Below, one piece after another: positions 1-11,665 of a stretch of DNA of 64,000 nt. Made by a program: the position numbers and the translations under genes. This stretch comes from Chlorokybus atmophyticus (Eukaryota; Plantae; Mesostigma and Chlorokybus algae). The stretch is from NCBI GenBank assembly GCA_009103225.1, contig RHPI01001559.1, positions 4,274 through 68,273 on the forward strand. The letters are read 5' to 3'. The notes under the pieces were generated by a model that was not told the origin of the DNA, made no database searches, and was given only the letters and a program-made list of their open reading frames with translations. Within the stretch, counting starts at the first letter, position 1. Every line of letters starts with the position of its first letter.

Positions 1-2
1 TG

Positions 3-539
3 TATGATCTGACAGTGCGCAGTGCGCTGTTCGAACACACAGTCCCCATGGCCTTCAACAACCTGCGCATCGCGCAGCACCGCGACACGCTGCGTTACGA
101 GCGTGTGCGCAGTGGTTTCTACAAGGAGCGGGAGCGCCGCTTCGAGTCAGGAGACTTCGTCTACCGTATGGCGTCTACACGCGACACCCTCGATACCTCC
201 GTCGGGCGTGCTGTCTACAAGGTATTGAAGGTGCACCCCACAGGGGTACTGGACCTGTTGGGACAACGAGGCGAGCGCATGAAGGACAACATGGTCAACT
301 GCGCGCCCTGTCATCTCCCCTACATTGCTGGCTTCACCAAGATCCAGCACCCGCGTCCGCTGCGCAGCACCCGATGCGAGAAGTGCGGCAGCGCCGACGA
401 CGACCCATTGATGATGTTATGCGACGACTGTAATCAAGGCATGCACTGCTACTGCCTTGACCCTCCACTGGACGCAGTACCCTTGTGGGAGTACTGGTGC
501 GATGACTGCCGCATCAACGGTCCCCCACACAGTCGGTAG
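3..539 (+). CDS. Gypsy Pol C-terminus: integrase tail (GPY/F-like region) plus PHD finger; 5'-partial
   Basis: AFNNLRIAQHRDTLRY..RFESGDFVY..GVLDLLG..NCAPCHLP, then a C4HC3 pattern CEKC..CDDC..H.YC..CDDC; stop TAG at 537-539. Confidence 0.85.
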   Translation, partial: YDLTVRSALFEHTVPMAFNNLRIAQHRDTLRYERVRSGFYKERERRFESGDFVYRMASTRDTLDTSVGRAVYKVLKVHPTGVLDLLGQRGERMKDNMVNCAPCHLPYIAGFTKIQHPRPLRSTRCEKCGSADDDPLMMLCDDCNQGMHCYCLDPPLDAVPLWEYWCDDCRINGPPHSR

Positions 540-585
540 GAACTGAGTTCTGGAGCAGAGGGCTACCCCAGAATCTCAGGGGGGG

Positions 586-1715
586 TGGCTTGTTGACTGT
601 GTGCACTACAACACAGTCTGTACACAAAGGTGGCGAGCGGCATCGGCTCGTCCACTGCACTAAACACCGCGTAGGCTCATCTTCAAGCCTATGCCCACGA
701 TTGGGGGGTTGTCTTTTGCTTGCATGACTCCAATGCAGTGCACGGCACTAGCATGCGTGCAGCACTAGCACTCCTCTGCAGCCTGTCCGAGACAAGGTTG
801 CCCTCGACCATGGCAGGCACGACAGCTGTCATGCCATCTACCCTCGCATGCCAGTCCTTCTCGAGCATGCCTACACCCAGCCCCACGCCCGGGCTACCAG
901 CATGAAGACCGCGCGAGCCCCAGCCTACTGCTAGCTACTGTACCACTCATGTAGCATGTAGCTAGGGCTACTTTATAGACCTGTCTGTAGGGACCGCGCG
1001 TAGCTGATCAGTTGTAAGTCTGTTAAGAACACATGTGCTATGTCAAGTCTTAGGAGATTTCCGAAATAGCATGAGGCCTCAATGTGACCGTTGGCCTAGT
1101 GCCCGCGTGGCACTGCACAGTCATGATTTGACATGTATAAGTAGGAAGTCACGTCACCTGACTGGCTGGTGACACTGTAAGTGAGTACTGTGAGTACTAG
1201 GAGTACCAAGAAGTAAAGACTCTGTCTCTAAAGAGCTTGTGAAGCGACTTGAACTGGAAGCACGCTGCCCCGGTTGCCAAGAATTCCCTTACTGCGTGAG
1301 ACACGGTGCATGCTCTTGTGCGCTGTGCCTGCCATTGCTGTGAGCTTGACGGTGGTGTGTTGTTTCAGTAGTCAGGGTGTTGTATCCACGTGTTGCACAC
1401 TCATTCACCTCACTTAACAGTGTATCATTCTATCCACTCATGCAAAGAACTGTGTCCACAGCACTACCTATCGTAGTGGCTTGTTGACTGTGTGCACTAC
1501 AACACAGTCTGTACACAAAGGTGGCGAGCGGCATCGGCTCGTCCACTGCACTAAACACCGCGTAGGCTCATCTTCAAGCCTATGCCCACGATTGGGGGGT
1601 TGTCTTTTGCTTGCATGACTCCAATGCAGTGCACGGCACTAGCATGCGTGCAGCACTAGCACTCCTCTGCAGCCTGTCCGAGACAAGGTTGCCCTCGACC
1701 ATGGCAGGCACGACA
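586..1715 (+). repeat. Terminal repeat with A-B-A structure (240-bp A at 585-824 and 1476-1715; 651-bp B between)
   Basis: Direct alignment shows the two 240-bp A blocks are apparently identical. The first begins right after the PPT and the second ends in ...GCACGACA. Confidence 0.9.
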
Positions 1716-2160
1716 CTTGTGATCAGCTAAACCCACAACGACTGTGACAGCCAAATGCTGGCCCAAACCCACACACCTATCAGACACTCTCGCCATCTTT
1801 ACACCATTAACGGCGAGCGCAGTAACCAACCCACGAGGAAAATTAAACACGCACAACCACTCACTCTGACGGCACAGGGCAGCAAGCAGAGGTGTCATGA
1901 CAGTAGAGGTGATTACCTCTACTCACAGTTCATCGCTTGCAGCACGGCACAGCGGCCGCCAGCGTTGCGCCCCTCCACCCAACCTCTCTTGTTGACACCA
2001 ACAACAACCCCCTACATCACAGCAGCAGCTTATGTCAACCTAGCGCCGGCTTCTCAACAGTTCCAAGGGGCCATGCTTATCCTTGCTGCGCGTGCGTGCC
2101 ACCGCCCGCGCTATGCATGCGCCCTGCGTTATCCAATGCTAGTTTGACAGAGCGCCCTGC
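1716..2160 (-). repeat. Relic of the upstream region of the tandem TM/coiled-coil gene family, cut by the Gypsy insertion
   Basis: Shares blocks with 4430-4850 and 8500-8660, e.g. CAACCACTCACTCTG and CCACCGCCCGCGC(T/C)ATGCATGCG. Confidence 0.65.
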
Positions 2161-3739
2161 GACAATGCAGACATGCATGTTACTGACTGATGGTGACATG
2201 TGTCTCTCTCAGCTATCGCCTCGAGCGAGTCTCGCTCGATATTTGCAAGTTATTAAGCCCCCTTTCGGCAATCACTTCAAGGTAACCAAGCTACAGGTGA
2301 GCGACTAATTAGTATACTTGGCATAGGTTATGGTGCATCCATTTAACAAGCTGTGCACATGCGCAATCATGTGGATGCATTTGCACACTCGAACTAAGCC
2401 AGCCAATGAGCAACACAATTTACAATTGTATACATCAGTTGGCTAGGGACCCAATGCAAGGTAAGTGCTCACATCGGCAGCAAGGGCGGCTTTGAGTCAA
2501 AGCCTTCAACTGACTGTCGACGACAACGACACAGCATGCATTGATGATGGTATGTAGACAACCACAGCCAGTACTTGTTGCTTGTAAATCGCAAGTACGC
2601 TGCTTGCTAGGTTCTACTGTTGATGACGCTAGCTGTACGTATGAACGCAAAGCAAGCCTTGTTTTAGGCAGCGCCAATACCAGTGGTATTGGCGCTGCCT
2701 ATTCAGTACATTATGCAATTAGTCAACTTGAGCTTGAAGCTAATAAAAAAGGCTTATAATATGAGTTATTATGTGGCGCAAATTTTAGATGTGGTTATCA
2801 TTTATAGCCATCCATAAGGGCTAGCTATAGCCTAGACCGATAAGACTTGAGCAATCAGCATGCAAAGAACCAATTAGCACACCTTGCATGCGACTAATCT
2901 AGCATACCATCTTTTGTACACTAACCCAGCATACTATCTCTTGTACACAGGGGTAGGAGCCTTGTATCTGAAATGTGCGCGACGAGGAGGAAAGTTGGCA
3001 ATTGACATGGGATTTCGTTGAGCCCGCAAGTAACATCGCCAAATATTGATTATCATAGTATGAAGTGCAGACCCGCATGCGCGTTCAGTTTACAAGTAAC
3101 AAGGTTGTGTAGGCGGCCAGAAACCAAAATCACTACGCATCTGCACAAGTGCAGGCAGTTGTGAAACACCTACACAAGCGCATGTGCTGCAATAGTCACA
3201 GTCACTGCACAAGCCGCTGTCTGTTGCAGCACACGCGACAATATGGTGCGCAGACACAGCAAGTGTCAGTCGCAGCACATGTGCAGTTCTGCGACTGACA
3301 CTGTTCGTTCAGTCAAACCTCAATCAGTGTGCCCAATCAAGTGTAGTCGAAGATAGACGAGATGCGTGTCATACTGTGCAGCAAGACACATTGCATGTTA
3401 TGCATTCCCTCTTGCATCTTTTGTACACCCTTGCACTAAGTGCACTGCATCACAGTGCAGTTGCAGCAGCTCACATGTATGCGAATCGTGGGTGACTACG
3501 AGCAAGCATACAACAGGTACTGTGTACGCGTCGCATGACAGGCAACACAGCCTGACAGCACAGCAACACCCCATGCACGGCGAGGATTGTGGACAAGGCA
3601 CTGGCACATGTGGCACATGTGACAGGTGAGGAAACGGTCTTGTACACAAGGAACCCTTGTGCTTAAAAGGTTCATACCGGCATCACTGTTCTTTGGACTG
3701 TGCGTCTCCAATGTAGTCAACATGTGTCATGTTGCAGAG

Positions 3740-4203
3740 TCAATCACTGCTTGTGATTTTGCCAAACCTGAGCGTGTATGTCCGCTCACCAAACTCAATA
3801 TCTGACAAAAGCTTTGAATTTGCGGAGACGGTGGATCCTAGTTTGTCCAGCCGAGCGTCCAAACTCTTCAGATCACGATGCATGCTAAAACCCTGTACAC
3901 AACCCCATCAATCACGTTGCATTCACACCAGGTCAAGCATTGCATACATTCTGCCTACTACTTGCGTAGTAAGTGGCTGGTGCTGCCGTCAAGATGCTGA
4001 CGGCAACAGGGATATAAGCTGCTAGCCGGCTGGATGGCTTTGTAGCACTTGTACATGTCTCGTGCTGGGGTTTGGGCTGGGGCTCAATGCCTGGCTGCGT
4101 ACATCGTGCTGGGTGAGGCAGCCGCCTTCTTGGGTGCGAGGTGGCGTAGAGTAAAACCCCATGGCTGCCCCCCGCATACGTGTGTACCAGAGATGTTCTC
4201 CAT
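3740..4203 (-). pseudogene. Paralog of the 7747-8272 gene; apparent frameshift near 4135-4140
   Basis: MENISGTHVCGGQPWGFTLR, then a frame change to SHPRRRLPHPARCTQPG..IPVAVSILTAAPATYY. A GC-AG intron (3893-3965) precedes the last exon GFSMHRDLKSLDARLDKLGSTV..SSD*. Confidence 0.6.
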
Positions 4204-5537
4204 GCCTTGCTTCTGCTACCAAAACTCTAACCTGACAAATGCAAAGTAAGTTTGCTGACTAGCTTGACAGCAGCAGCGTGACCTACATCAACCTCTCCTC
4301 ATACTGCTGGTGCTTGATTTCGCGCATGCTTGTCCAAGCTTACGCGAGCAACAGCAGGCAAGTTCGAGACAGCGTGTTCGTTCATAAAACAATCATCACA
4401 CGCAAAGCTTGCCAGCAAAACGCATAACAACATTGCTTCCATACACTCTGTCCACACGCACAGCATCAACGGCGAGCAGATCAACAAGCAACAATGCAAA
4501 CACGCCCAACCACTCACTCTGGTGGGGCAGGGTTGCAAGTAATGGTAAATTTACCGCTTGTAACACTGCACCACAGCGGCGGCCTATGTTGCGCCCTCCA
4601 CCCAAACTCTCCTTCACAAACCCTACCGCACAGTAAGCAGAGCCGCCCACTTCACCGCCAGCTGGAGCTGCAGCCTGAGTAAGTTTACCGGCCGCGGCGG
4701 CAGTGCGCACGCAGGCCCTGCGCATCAAGCAGCTTGTCGCCAGCTTAGACAAACACAGCGCTGGCTTCACTGCGCTTCTCGAAGGTTCTAAGGACCGAGC
4801 GGTTGAGCTTAACACCATCGAGAGCCACCGCCCGCGCCATGCATGCGGATATGCACGAGCTTGAGCACGACTTCGAGCCCTCCCTCTCCACTGACAGCGT
4901 CGGACTATAGTCCGCGAAACTGCAGGCGAACATCAAGTACCGCGAATGAAACGTAGCGAGAGTGGTGGAGGTCTCGCTCGAGGCATTCAGCAATTCACTG
5001 GCTCTCTCTCGCACGCGATGTCCCATGTGCATAGAACATGCGCAACAACACGTACTCACATGCACACAAAAGATGCGTATGAGTTTGTGCACCTGCAAGC
5101 ATGTGTGCAGAACCTCTTGTAAGAATGTTGAATGACGTTGATTACATGATGTATCATATTACTTCATCTATGTATGTATATATGATTGCACATATGATTG
5201 TACGTTGTGTATCATCTAAGATCGCCTCTCTAACGTGCGGATTAGCACTCGTGTTATGCATGATATGATGTTAAAAACTCTTTTTTGCAGAATGGCTTGC
5301 GGTTACCACCATGCATGCCGCTGATGGTTTGTAATGTAATGAATGGTACTTGGTGCTTACAAGATACATGCCTTTACAAAATACTTGCATTTGTATACAT
5401 TTACAAAATACACGCATTTGTATTTTTCGTAATTTTGTTGTTATTGCTACCTATGCGTATGAACCAAAAGCAAGATGTTACATCAATCAGTAGGCAATAA
5501 CTTGCTACTTATTGCCGACGCCATATTACAATATGCA

Positions 5538-5565
<28 letters not shown>
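5538..5565. repeat. (TA)n microsatellite
   Basis: Pure TA run. Confidence 0.95.
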
Positions 5566-5569
<4 letters not shown>

Positions 5570-6399
5570 ACCCAGGTTGATATTGTATACAGTATGTGTT
5601 ACACGATGTGCAAATGTGTGCGCAGCTGTGTGCGAACAGAGCCTCGGTACTCAGCAAGCAAATCACCAACCCATACACCAAGGGCTTTTAGCGTGTGCAC
5701 GCAAACCAATAAAGTGGCAGGAGCCCATGTTAAGCGCATCCAACTCATACGTGTTTATTCGCACGTGCGAGTGCCACCGGTCGTTAGTTATCGACCGTCG
5801 CGATTACAAAGTTAGTATTACTACAAGGTTAGTATTACTGATGCCTGTATTAATAATACCGATAGCACCACCTATTGCAAAGTTAACTAACAGTTGGAAA
5901 GGGAGTACTAGTCGAACTCCGTTAGCCGCCACTCCTCAGAGTGGCACCTTGCAACATCGCCATGGCGGCCGATTGCCGCTCTTGACAAGACTACCTGTCT
6001 AGAGTTGAATCAGCCATTGCAAATTATGCATCCCATTGGTGCTGTGCACTCCCCCCACTGCTGCACTCGCGTGTACAAAAGATGCAGCATGCATAGCGCA
6101 CATGCAAGCAAATACTAGTCATATACACTTACCATACCCGTATTTCCGCTTATGCACACGACCATCTGATGCATGTTTATAACTGCCTTGGGCATACCCT
6201 ATACACATTTTAGCAATCTCAACCATGGTGGCCACTTACAATACTACTCACCGCCCCCGTTAGTCATGCACGCATGCAAGTGCATCTGGACCTTATCTGC
6301 ACGCAGCATGGCTCGTACAGTAGCAGGCGGTCAATGTTAAACACTGCTCACACAGCCGCAGCAGGACGCAAGCAATGTCGGTGGTAGTACACAACGTAT

Positions 6400-7250
6400 A
6401 TGATGCATGGATTGTGGCATGCATGAGAGTAGCAGGCATGCAACGCAAGCAAAACACTCAACACTTACACTCACCACCGGGTTCTACCTATTCCGAGTTG
6501 GTGGTGGCACTACCCAACTTCACTACTAGCCCAACCCCGTTAGACATGCAGGCATGCATGCATGCACGCGCCATCATCTGCACGGTGGCTGCTGGTTAGC
6601 GGCCTAGTCCTCGCAGCATCAGCGACGTCATCGTCAGGCAGACCCAACGGACTCCCCCTCCGGCTTCTCCCACACCTCCGCCTATTGTCGTCCCGTCTAC
6701 TGCTGCCTTAGGTCGTTGGTACACGCAAGCATGCATGTACCGTGCCGGGCAAGCACCAAAATCCCCCCTCACGACTGCGTCGTAGCTGTGTGCGGCCATG
6801 TGTGCGCCCTCTTCAATGACACGGGCAGTCGTTACTGCTCCCCATGTACTTCGACTTCAATCTTTGTCGTTAATCTCTCGCACTGCCATGCATGCCAACA
6901 TGGCGGGCTCTACGTACCGAACACTACCTATGCATGCAGAGTGCTCCCGGTCCAGCACCCACGTAACCACACGACCATTACATGGCATCACGCATTGTGA
7001 CATGCACGCCCCAAGCTTTAGCATTGGGTAGCCAGCCGCTCACGAAGACAGCATGAGCGAGCTGGACTGACCTCCGGTTCGGGAACGGCTGTGCCAACCA
7101 GGGCATGGGGTACAAAACATTTCAAGCCTCATATGCTGCAAGGTGTACAACAGATAGGATGCAGGGATTGCGACACGCATGAGAGTGGGAGGCATGCAAC
7201 GCAAGCAAAACACCACAACACTCAACACTTACAATCACCACCGGTGTTTC
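6400..7250 (+). repeat. Copy of a dispersed ~760-bp repeat; first ~90 bp repeated at its end
   Basis: 6400-6490 recurs at 7160-7250. Internal blocks match 10874-11665 (CAACGGACTCCCCCTCC; TACTGCTCCCCATG; GGGTAGCCAGCCGCTCAC..CCAACCAGGGCATGGGG). Confidence 0.75.
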
Positions 7251-7746
7251 CTACGCTCTCTCTCTCTTTCCTTCCTCCGCCTCACACCCTTCTTCCTCTC
7301 TCACGCTGTGGCTGCGCCTGGTGTGCTCTTTCGTAAACCTCATTGCTGAGGGGGCTTATGCCAGAGGCTGTGCAGCCGTGCCGGCGCAGTTGGAGTCCCT
7401 CTTCCCCTTGGGCTGTCGCTGTTATGCACCGCTGGTGCTGCGTCAGTCATGGTGATGGTGTGGTGGTGAGCATGTGTACTTTGGTGTGCTCCTCTGTGCC
7501 AAATCAAGTTTACTACGTTGATTGTGCTTTATGTTGAAGTTCAAGATAAACCACAAGCGTTTTACCATGTGTTGCAAGACACACCCTTGCCCTTGAGTGT
7601 GAGAACACAGTAGTATCCTGCATTGTGTACAACAGGAGGTTTACTTGCTTAACAACGTAACACAACAACTCGACAACACAGCAACACCCCATGCACAGCG
7701 AGGTTGTGAACAAGACCACATCGTGTCGGGCGAGGCAGTGGCCTTG

Positions 7747-8272
7747 TCATTCATCACTGCTTGGATCTATGCGTATCCTGATAATGCGCTCTGCATTTTT
7801 AGCCTGAGAATCTGAAGTGGACAAATGCTCTGAGTGTGCGGAGACGGTGGATACTAGCTTTTCCAGTCGAGAGTCCAGCTTCTGTAGATCCCGGTGCATG
7901 TTGAAACCCTGTACACATCAACCCCATCAAACACGCTGCGACCAAACCGGATCAAAATCATGCTGGTTGAACAATCTACCTATCAATTACATAGTAAGTG
8001 GCCGGAGCTGCTGCCACCAAGACGCTGACCGCCGTAGGGATGCTGTTCAGAAATTGATAAACTGCTCGCCAGCTGGACTTGTTTGTGGCTTGTGGTTGGG
8101 TCTCGTGCTGGGTGAGTTTGGGCTCACTGGGCTGGGGCTCACTGCCTGGCTGTGTACATCGTGCTGGGTGAGGCAGTCGCCTTCCTCTCGGGTGCGACTC
8201 GGAGGTGCGCAGAGCGAAACCCCCCAACGGCTGCCCTCCGCACATGTGTACACCGGACATGTTGTTCTCCAT
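7747..8272 (-). CDS. Predicted 147-aa protein: transit-peptide-like N-terminus, one hydrophobic segment, C-terminal coiled coil; two exons (8272-7991, 7908-7747)
   Basis: The spliced frame is open and ends in TGA. It is conserved with the 3740-4203 paralog, including intron position and a terminal SSD(E)* motif. Additional upstream exons cannot be excluded. Confidence 0.55.
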
Positions 8273-9448
8273 GCCGCCCCGAGTGCAAAGCAGTGAATTG
8301 GTTGACTAGCCTGAGAGTAGCAGCACATAACACTGTCTCTTTTCATAGCTGCTGGTGCAAGGTTTTCCGCGCGCTTGCACATGAGCAGCAGCAGGCAAGT
8401 CTGAAGCAGCGTGCTCGTCAATAGTAACTGCTACAGTTCACACGAGCTTGCGACCAGCAAAGCGCACAACAGCCGCAACACAACACAACCCAACTTCCTT
8501 ACACTCTCTCCAGTCACAGCATCAACGGCAAGGACAGCGGCAAGCGACAAAGCAAACATGCACAACCACTCATTCTGGCGGGGCAAGGCGGCAAGCAGAG
8601 GTGAGTGCGCCACAGCGGCTGTTGTGTTGCACCCTCCACCCAAACTCTCCTTCGCAAACCTTACCGTACGCAGAGCCGTCCAGTTGGCCCTCCACCCTCG
8701 ACGTTAGACCTGCGTCTTCCCTCCACCTGTAACGCCACCGCTGCCGCCGCCGCCGCTCCCCTTTTACAACAATCACAATGCAGGCTGCTTGCTTTCACGT
8801 ATGAACACGGACCAAAACAAAGCACGAGGGCATAAGCTTGTGTCGCTCAATGACAAGCTGTCATGGCGTTGCATGCCGGGCCACTGGCACCTCTCCGCCT
8901 CTCTTGCTTATCAGTCAGCAGATGAGCTTGACAGTGTTGACAAATGACGTGTTAACACCCCTCGAAAGCCAGCGCTGATAAGCATGAGCGCGAGCCTTCC
9001 TCTTCACCGCCAGCGTCAGCGTCAGAGTCTGCGCGGGCAGCCGTCAGACGGTCAGCTGCTGACGCATTGTCGCAGGTGATATCTGATAGGTCTTGTGACA
9101 AGACTCTTGTCGTCGAGCCCACGACTAAGGGGAGTATGATATCTGATCAACCAAACGGCTGCAACATGTCATCTAGAGCGTCGCGAAACCTGAGAACTTG
9201 ACTCGAGGCGACAAATCGCATTTCACAGGCGCACACGGAGGGAGAACAGCAGGAGCCCCAGTGGAGCGCCAACAAAACACACGTGCAACGACAGCAACCG
9301 GACTAGAAACTGAGCCGCCATATGTATGTGCACATAGCTGCACGCCCCTTCCGTCAAAGCCTCTTGAAGTTGTGCTTGTGGCGCAGTAGTAAAGGTAAGC
9401 ACTCAGGTAAGGAGTGGCGGGGAGCAGGTCACCTGTCCGCATGCAAGC

Positions 9449-10155
9449 CAAAGCGACAGCCTTTGCTTGTTGTCTGGACTGCTTATGTCGCTGCTGGTGC
9501 TATGTGCTATGGCTGTTGCTATGCTGGTTGTTGTCCATGTTATTGCTAGGTGTGATTCATACCACCAAGCTACCCAAGACCTATGCTAACGGACTAATGC
9601 GTAGGCACAGGCAGAATGCCTGCAGCCATTGTGTGGTCGTTGGGTGTTGTGGCAGGGATATGAGACACTGAGCAGACTGGCGACGTGGGGGTCCAGTCGG
9701 TCGTCAGCGTCATCTGCGTTGCTGTCGTCCTGGACTTCTGTTGCTGCTGTACCGGACGTGATGCCTACGCCTCAGCTGTGCAGGTGGTTTGCCCAGTCTT
9801 TCCCTTACCCCGTCCTTGCCCACCTGCCTGCCTGCGTCCTGCCCGTCACGCCCAACGGTTGGGTGCTTAGTTAGTGTCATAGCTGCTAGTGTTGTTGTGC
9901 TAGCAGTCCATGTATAGCGCTGCCCGCCCGCTGCATGCACAGTGTCTCATATCCCTGCCACAACACTCAACGAACACACCATGGCTGCAGGCACTCTGCC
10001 TGTGCCTACGCATCAGTCCGTTAGCATAGGTCTTAGGTAGCTTGATGGTTTGCATCACACGGTATGCATCACACAACCAGCATAGCAGCAGCCATAGCAA
10101 ATAGCACCAGCAGCGACATAAGCAGTCCAAACAACAAGCAAAGACTGTCGCTTTG
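9449..10155. repeat. Long inverted repeat: arms 9449-9670 and 9940-10155, 269-bp spacer
   Basis: The reverse complement of the right arm aligns to the left arm with scattered substitutions and one short divergent patch. Confidence 0.9.
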
Positions 10156-10544
10156 ACCCCCACCCAAACATGTGAATGCAACAATGCGCGTGTGCTTGTT
10201 GTTCACTTGCATTTTCTTTCTGTCAGCATCGAATGCGTTGTCTGCTAAGTTTGCGTGACTGTCACTCTCATATGAACATTATAATACCTTATTATGCGCC
10301 CATGTGTTGTATCCTATGCGCATTGAAAGGTAATAAACTGATACGCAATGCAAGAAGTGCAGAGCAGGGTGACACTGACCGTCTGCATGCCGATTGGGTG
10401 TTGCAAAATTGCGCATTATCACGACACACCCGCACATGCAAGGTTGTTATCGCATTAGACGAACAAACATCTGCGTGTACATGTGATTTAAGGCGCTTGT
10501 GAGACGCATGCACTGTCTTTCAGTTGTCCTGCTTGTCACTTGTG

Positions 10545-10830
10545 CCTTCCAAGTGCAGTTCAAGACGTGTGTGTATTGACAAAACCCTAAGCCGGCAGTT
10601 GACAAGACGGCAGTAGGAGGCTGGCGGAGATGGCGGCGGGGGTGTGGGTGAAGCGGGAGGGGGAGTCCGTTGAGTCCTGCTGCTGGTGTGGCCACTGCTG
10701 CTGCAAGAAGGCCGCTGACCAAGGCGCATGTGCAGGTGATGACGCACGCATGCATGCATGCCTGTCTAATGGGTATGGGCAGTAGAGAAGGTAGGTAGCA
10801 GCTAGGTTAGCAGCCCGGTGGTTAATGAGA
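10545..10830 (-). repeat. Truncated minus-strand copy of the ~760-bp repeat, head-to-head with the next copy
   Basis: Reverse complement contains ACCACCGGG..CTAAC..TTAGACAGGCATGCATGC..CAACGGACTCCCCCTCC. Confidence 0.7.
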
Positions 10831-10873
10831 GTGCTTCATAGTGTGGTGAGTAGATTGCTCATGCATGTACATT

Positions 10874-11665
10874 ATATAGGATGCAGAGGTTGTGGCATGT
10901 ATCGCAATGTGAGGCATGCATTGCACACCACACACAACAGCACACAACAATTACATTCACCACCGGGTGCTCTTCCTACTTACTACCTACCTAACTTCAC
11001 TACTAGCCCAAACCCCGTTAGACAAGCATGCATGCACGCGCATCACCTGCACCACGGCCGTTGGTTACCGGCTCCATCATCCAGCAGGCAGCAGCAGCAG
11101 CGTCAGCTGACTCAACGGACTCCCCCTCCTCCGCCCACATCACCGCCGCCACCCACGACAGCGTTGTCCCTGCTCAACGCGACTGCGTCGTTAGGGTTTG
11201 CGCCCATCGGCGCGCAGCATGCATATGCACAGCACGCCGCACTCCCTGTCGCAGTGCCGTTGCTGTGTGCGCCTACTTCGATGACATGGGCAGTTGGTAC
11301 TGCTCCCCATGCACTCAGACTCTCTCTTTGTCTTAAGTCTTAGTCTTTCGCACTGCCATGCATGCCAACAGGGCGGGCTCTAACTACTGAACACTACCTA
11401 TGCATGCAGGGTGCTCCCGGTCAAGCACCCACCTAACCACGCCATACTCATGCAAGGCCACTAACAACACATCAGCACACTGCAATCATCATATCCAACC
11501 ACACTCCAGGTGACATGCACGCTCTATGCCTTAGCATAGGGTAGCCAGCCGCTCACCAAGACAGCATGAGCGAGCTGGACTGGCCTCTGGCATGGGACGG
11601 CAAACGGCGCCAACCAGGGCATGGGGTGTACATGATATAGGATGCAGAGATTGTGGCATGTGTGT
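10874..11665 (+). repeat. Best-preserved copy of the ~760-bp repeat; contains an intron-like segment and a 102-aa Cys-rich ORF (11028-11336)
   Basis: The first ~30 bp (TATAGGATGCAGAG.TTGTGGCATGT) recur at 11637-11662. A GT..CTAAC..TTAG segment lies at about 10966-11021. ORF ends ..CVVRVC..CIC..PC..VCAYFDDMGSWYCSPC. Confidence 0.7.

Larger units (their letters stand above)
1..1715 (+). mobile_element. 3' end of a Ty3/Gypsy LTR retrotransposon (Chlamyvir/REM1-like), truncated by the window start
   Basis: ORF ends at 539 with an integrase C-terminus and PHD finger. A polypurine tract AGGGGGGG (578-585) follows, then a terminal repeat starting TG (586) and ending CA (1715). Confidence 0.85.

Noticed and set aside
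2221-2239. Palindrome TCGAGCGAG-T-CTCGCTCGA
   Set aside because: Isolated and short, with no second copy or associated feature seen.
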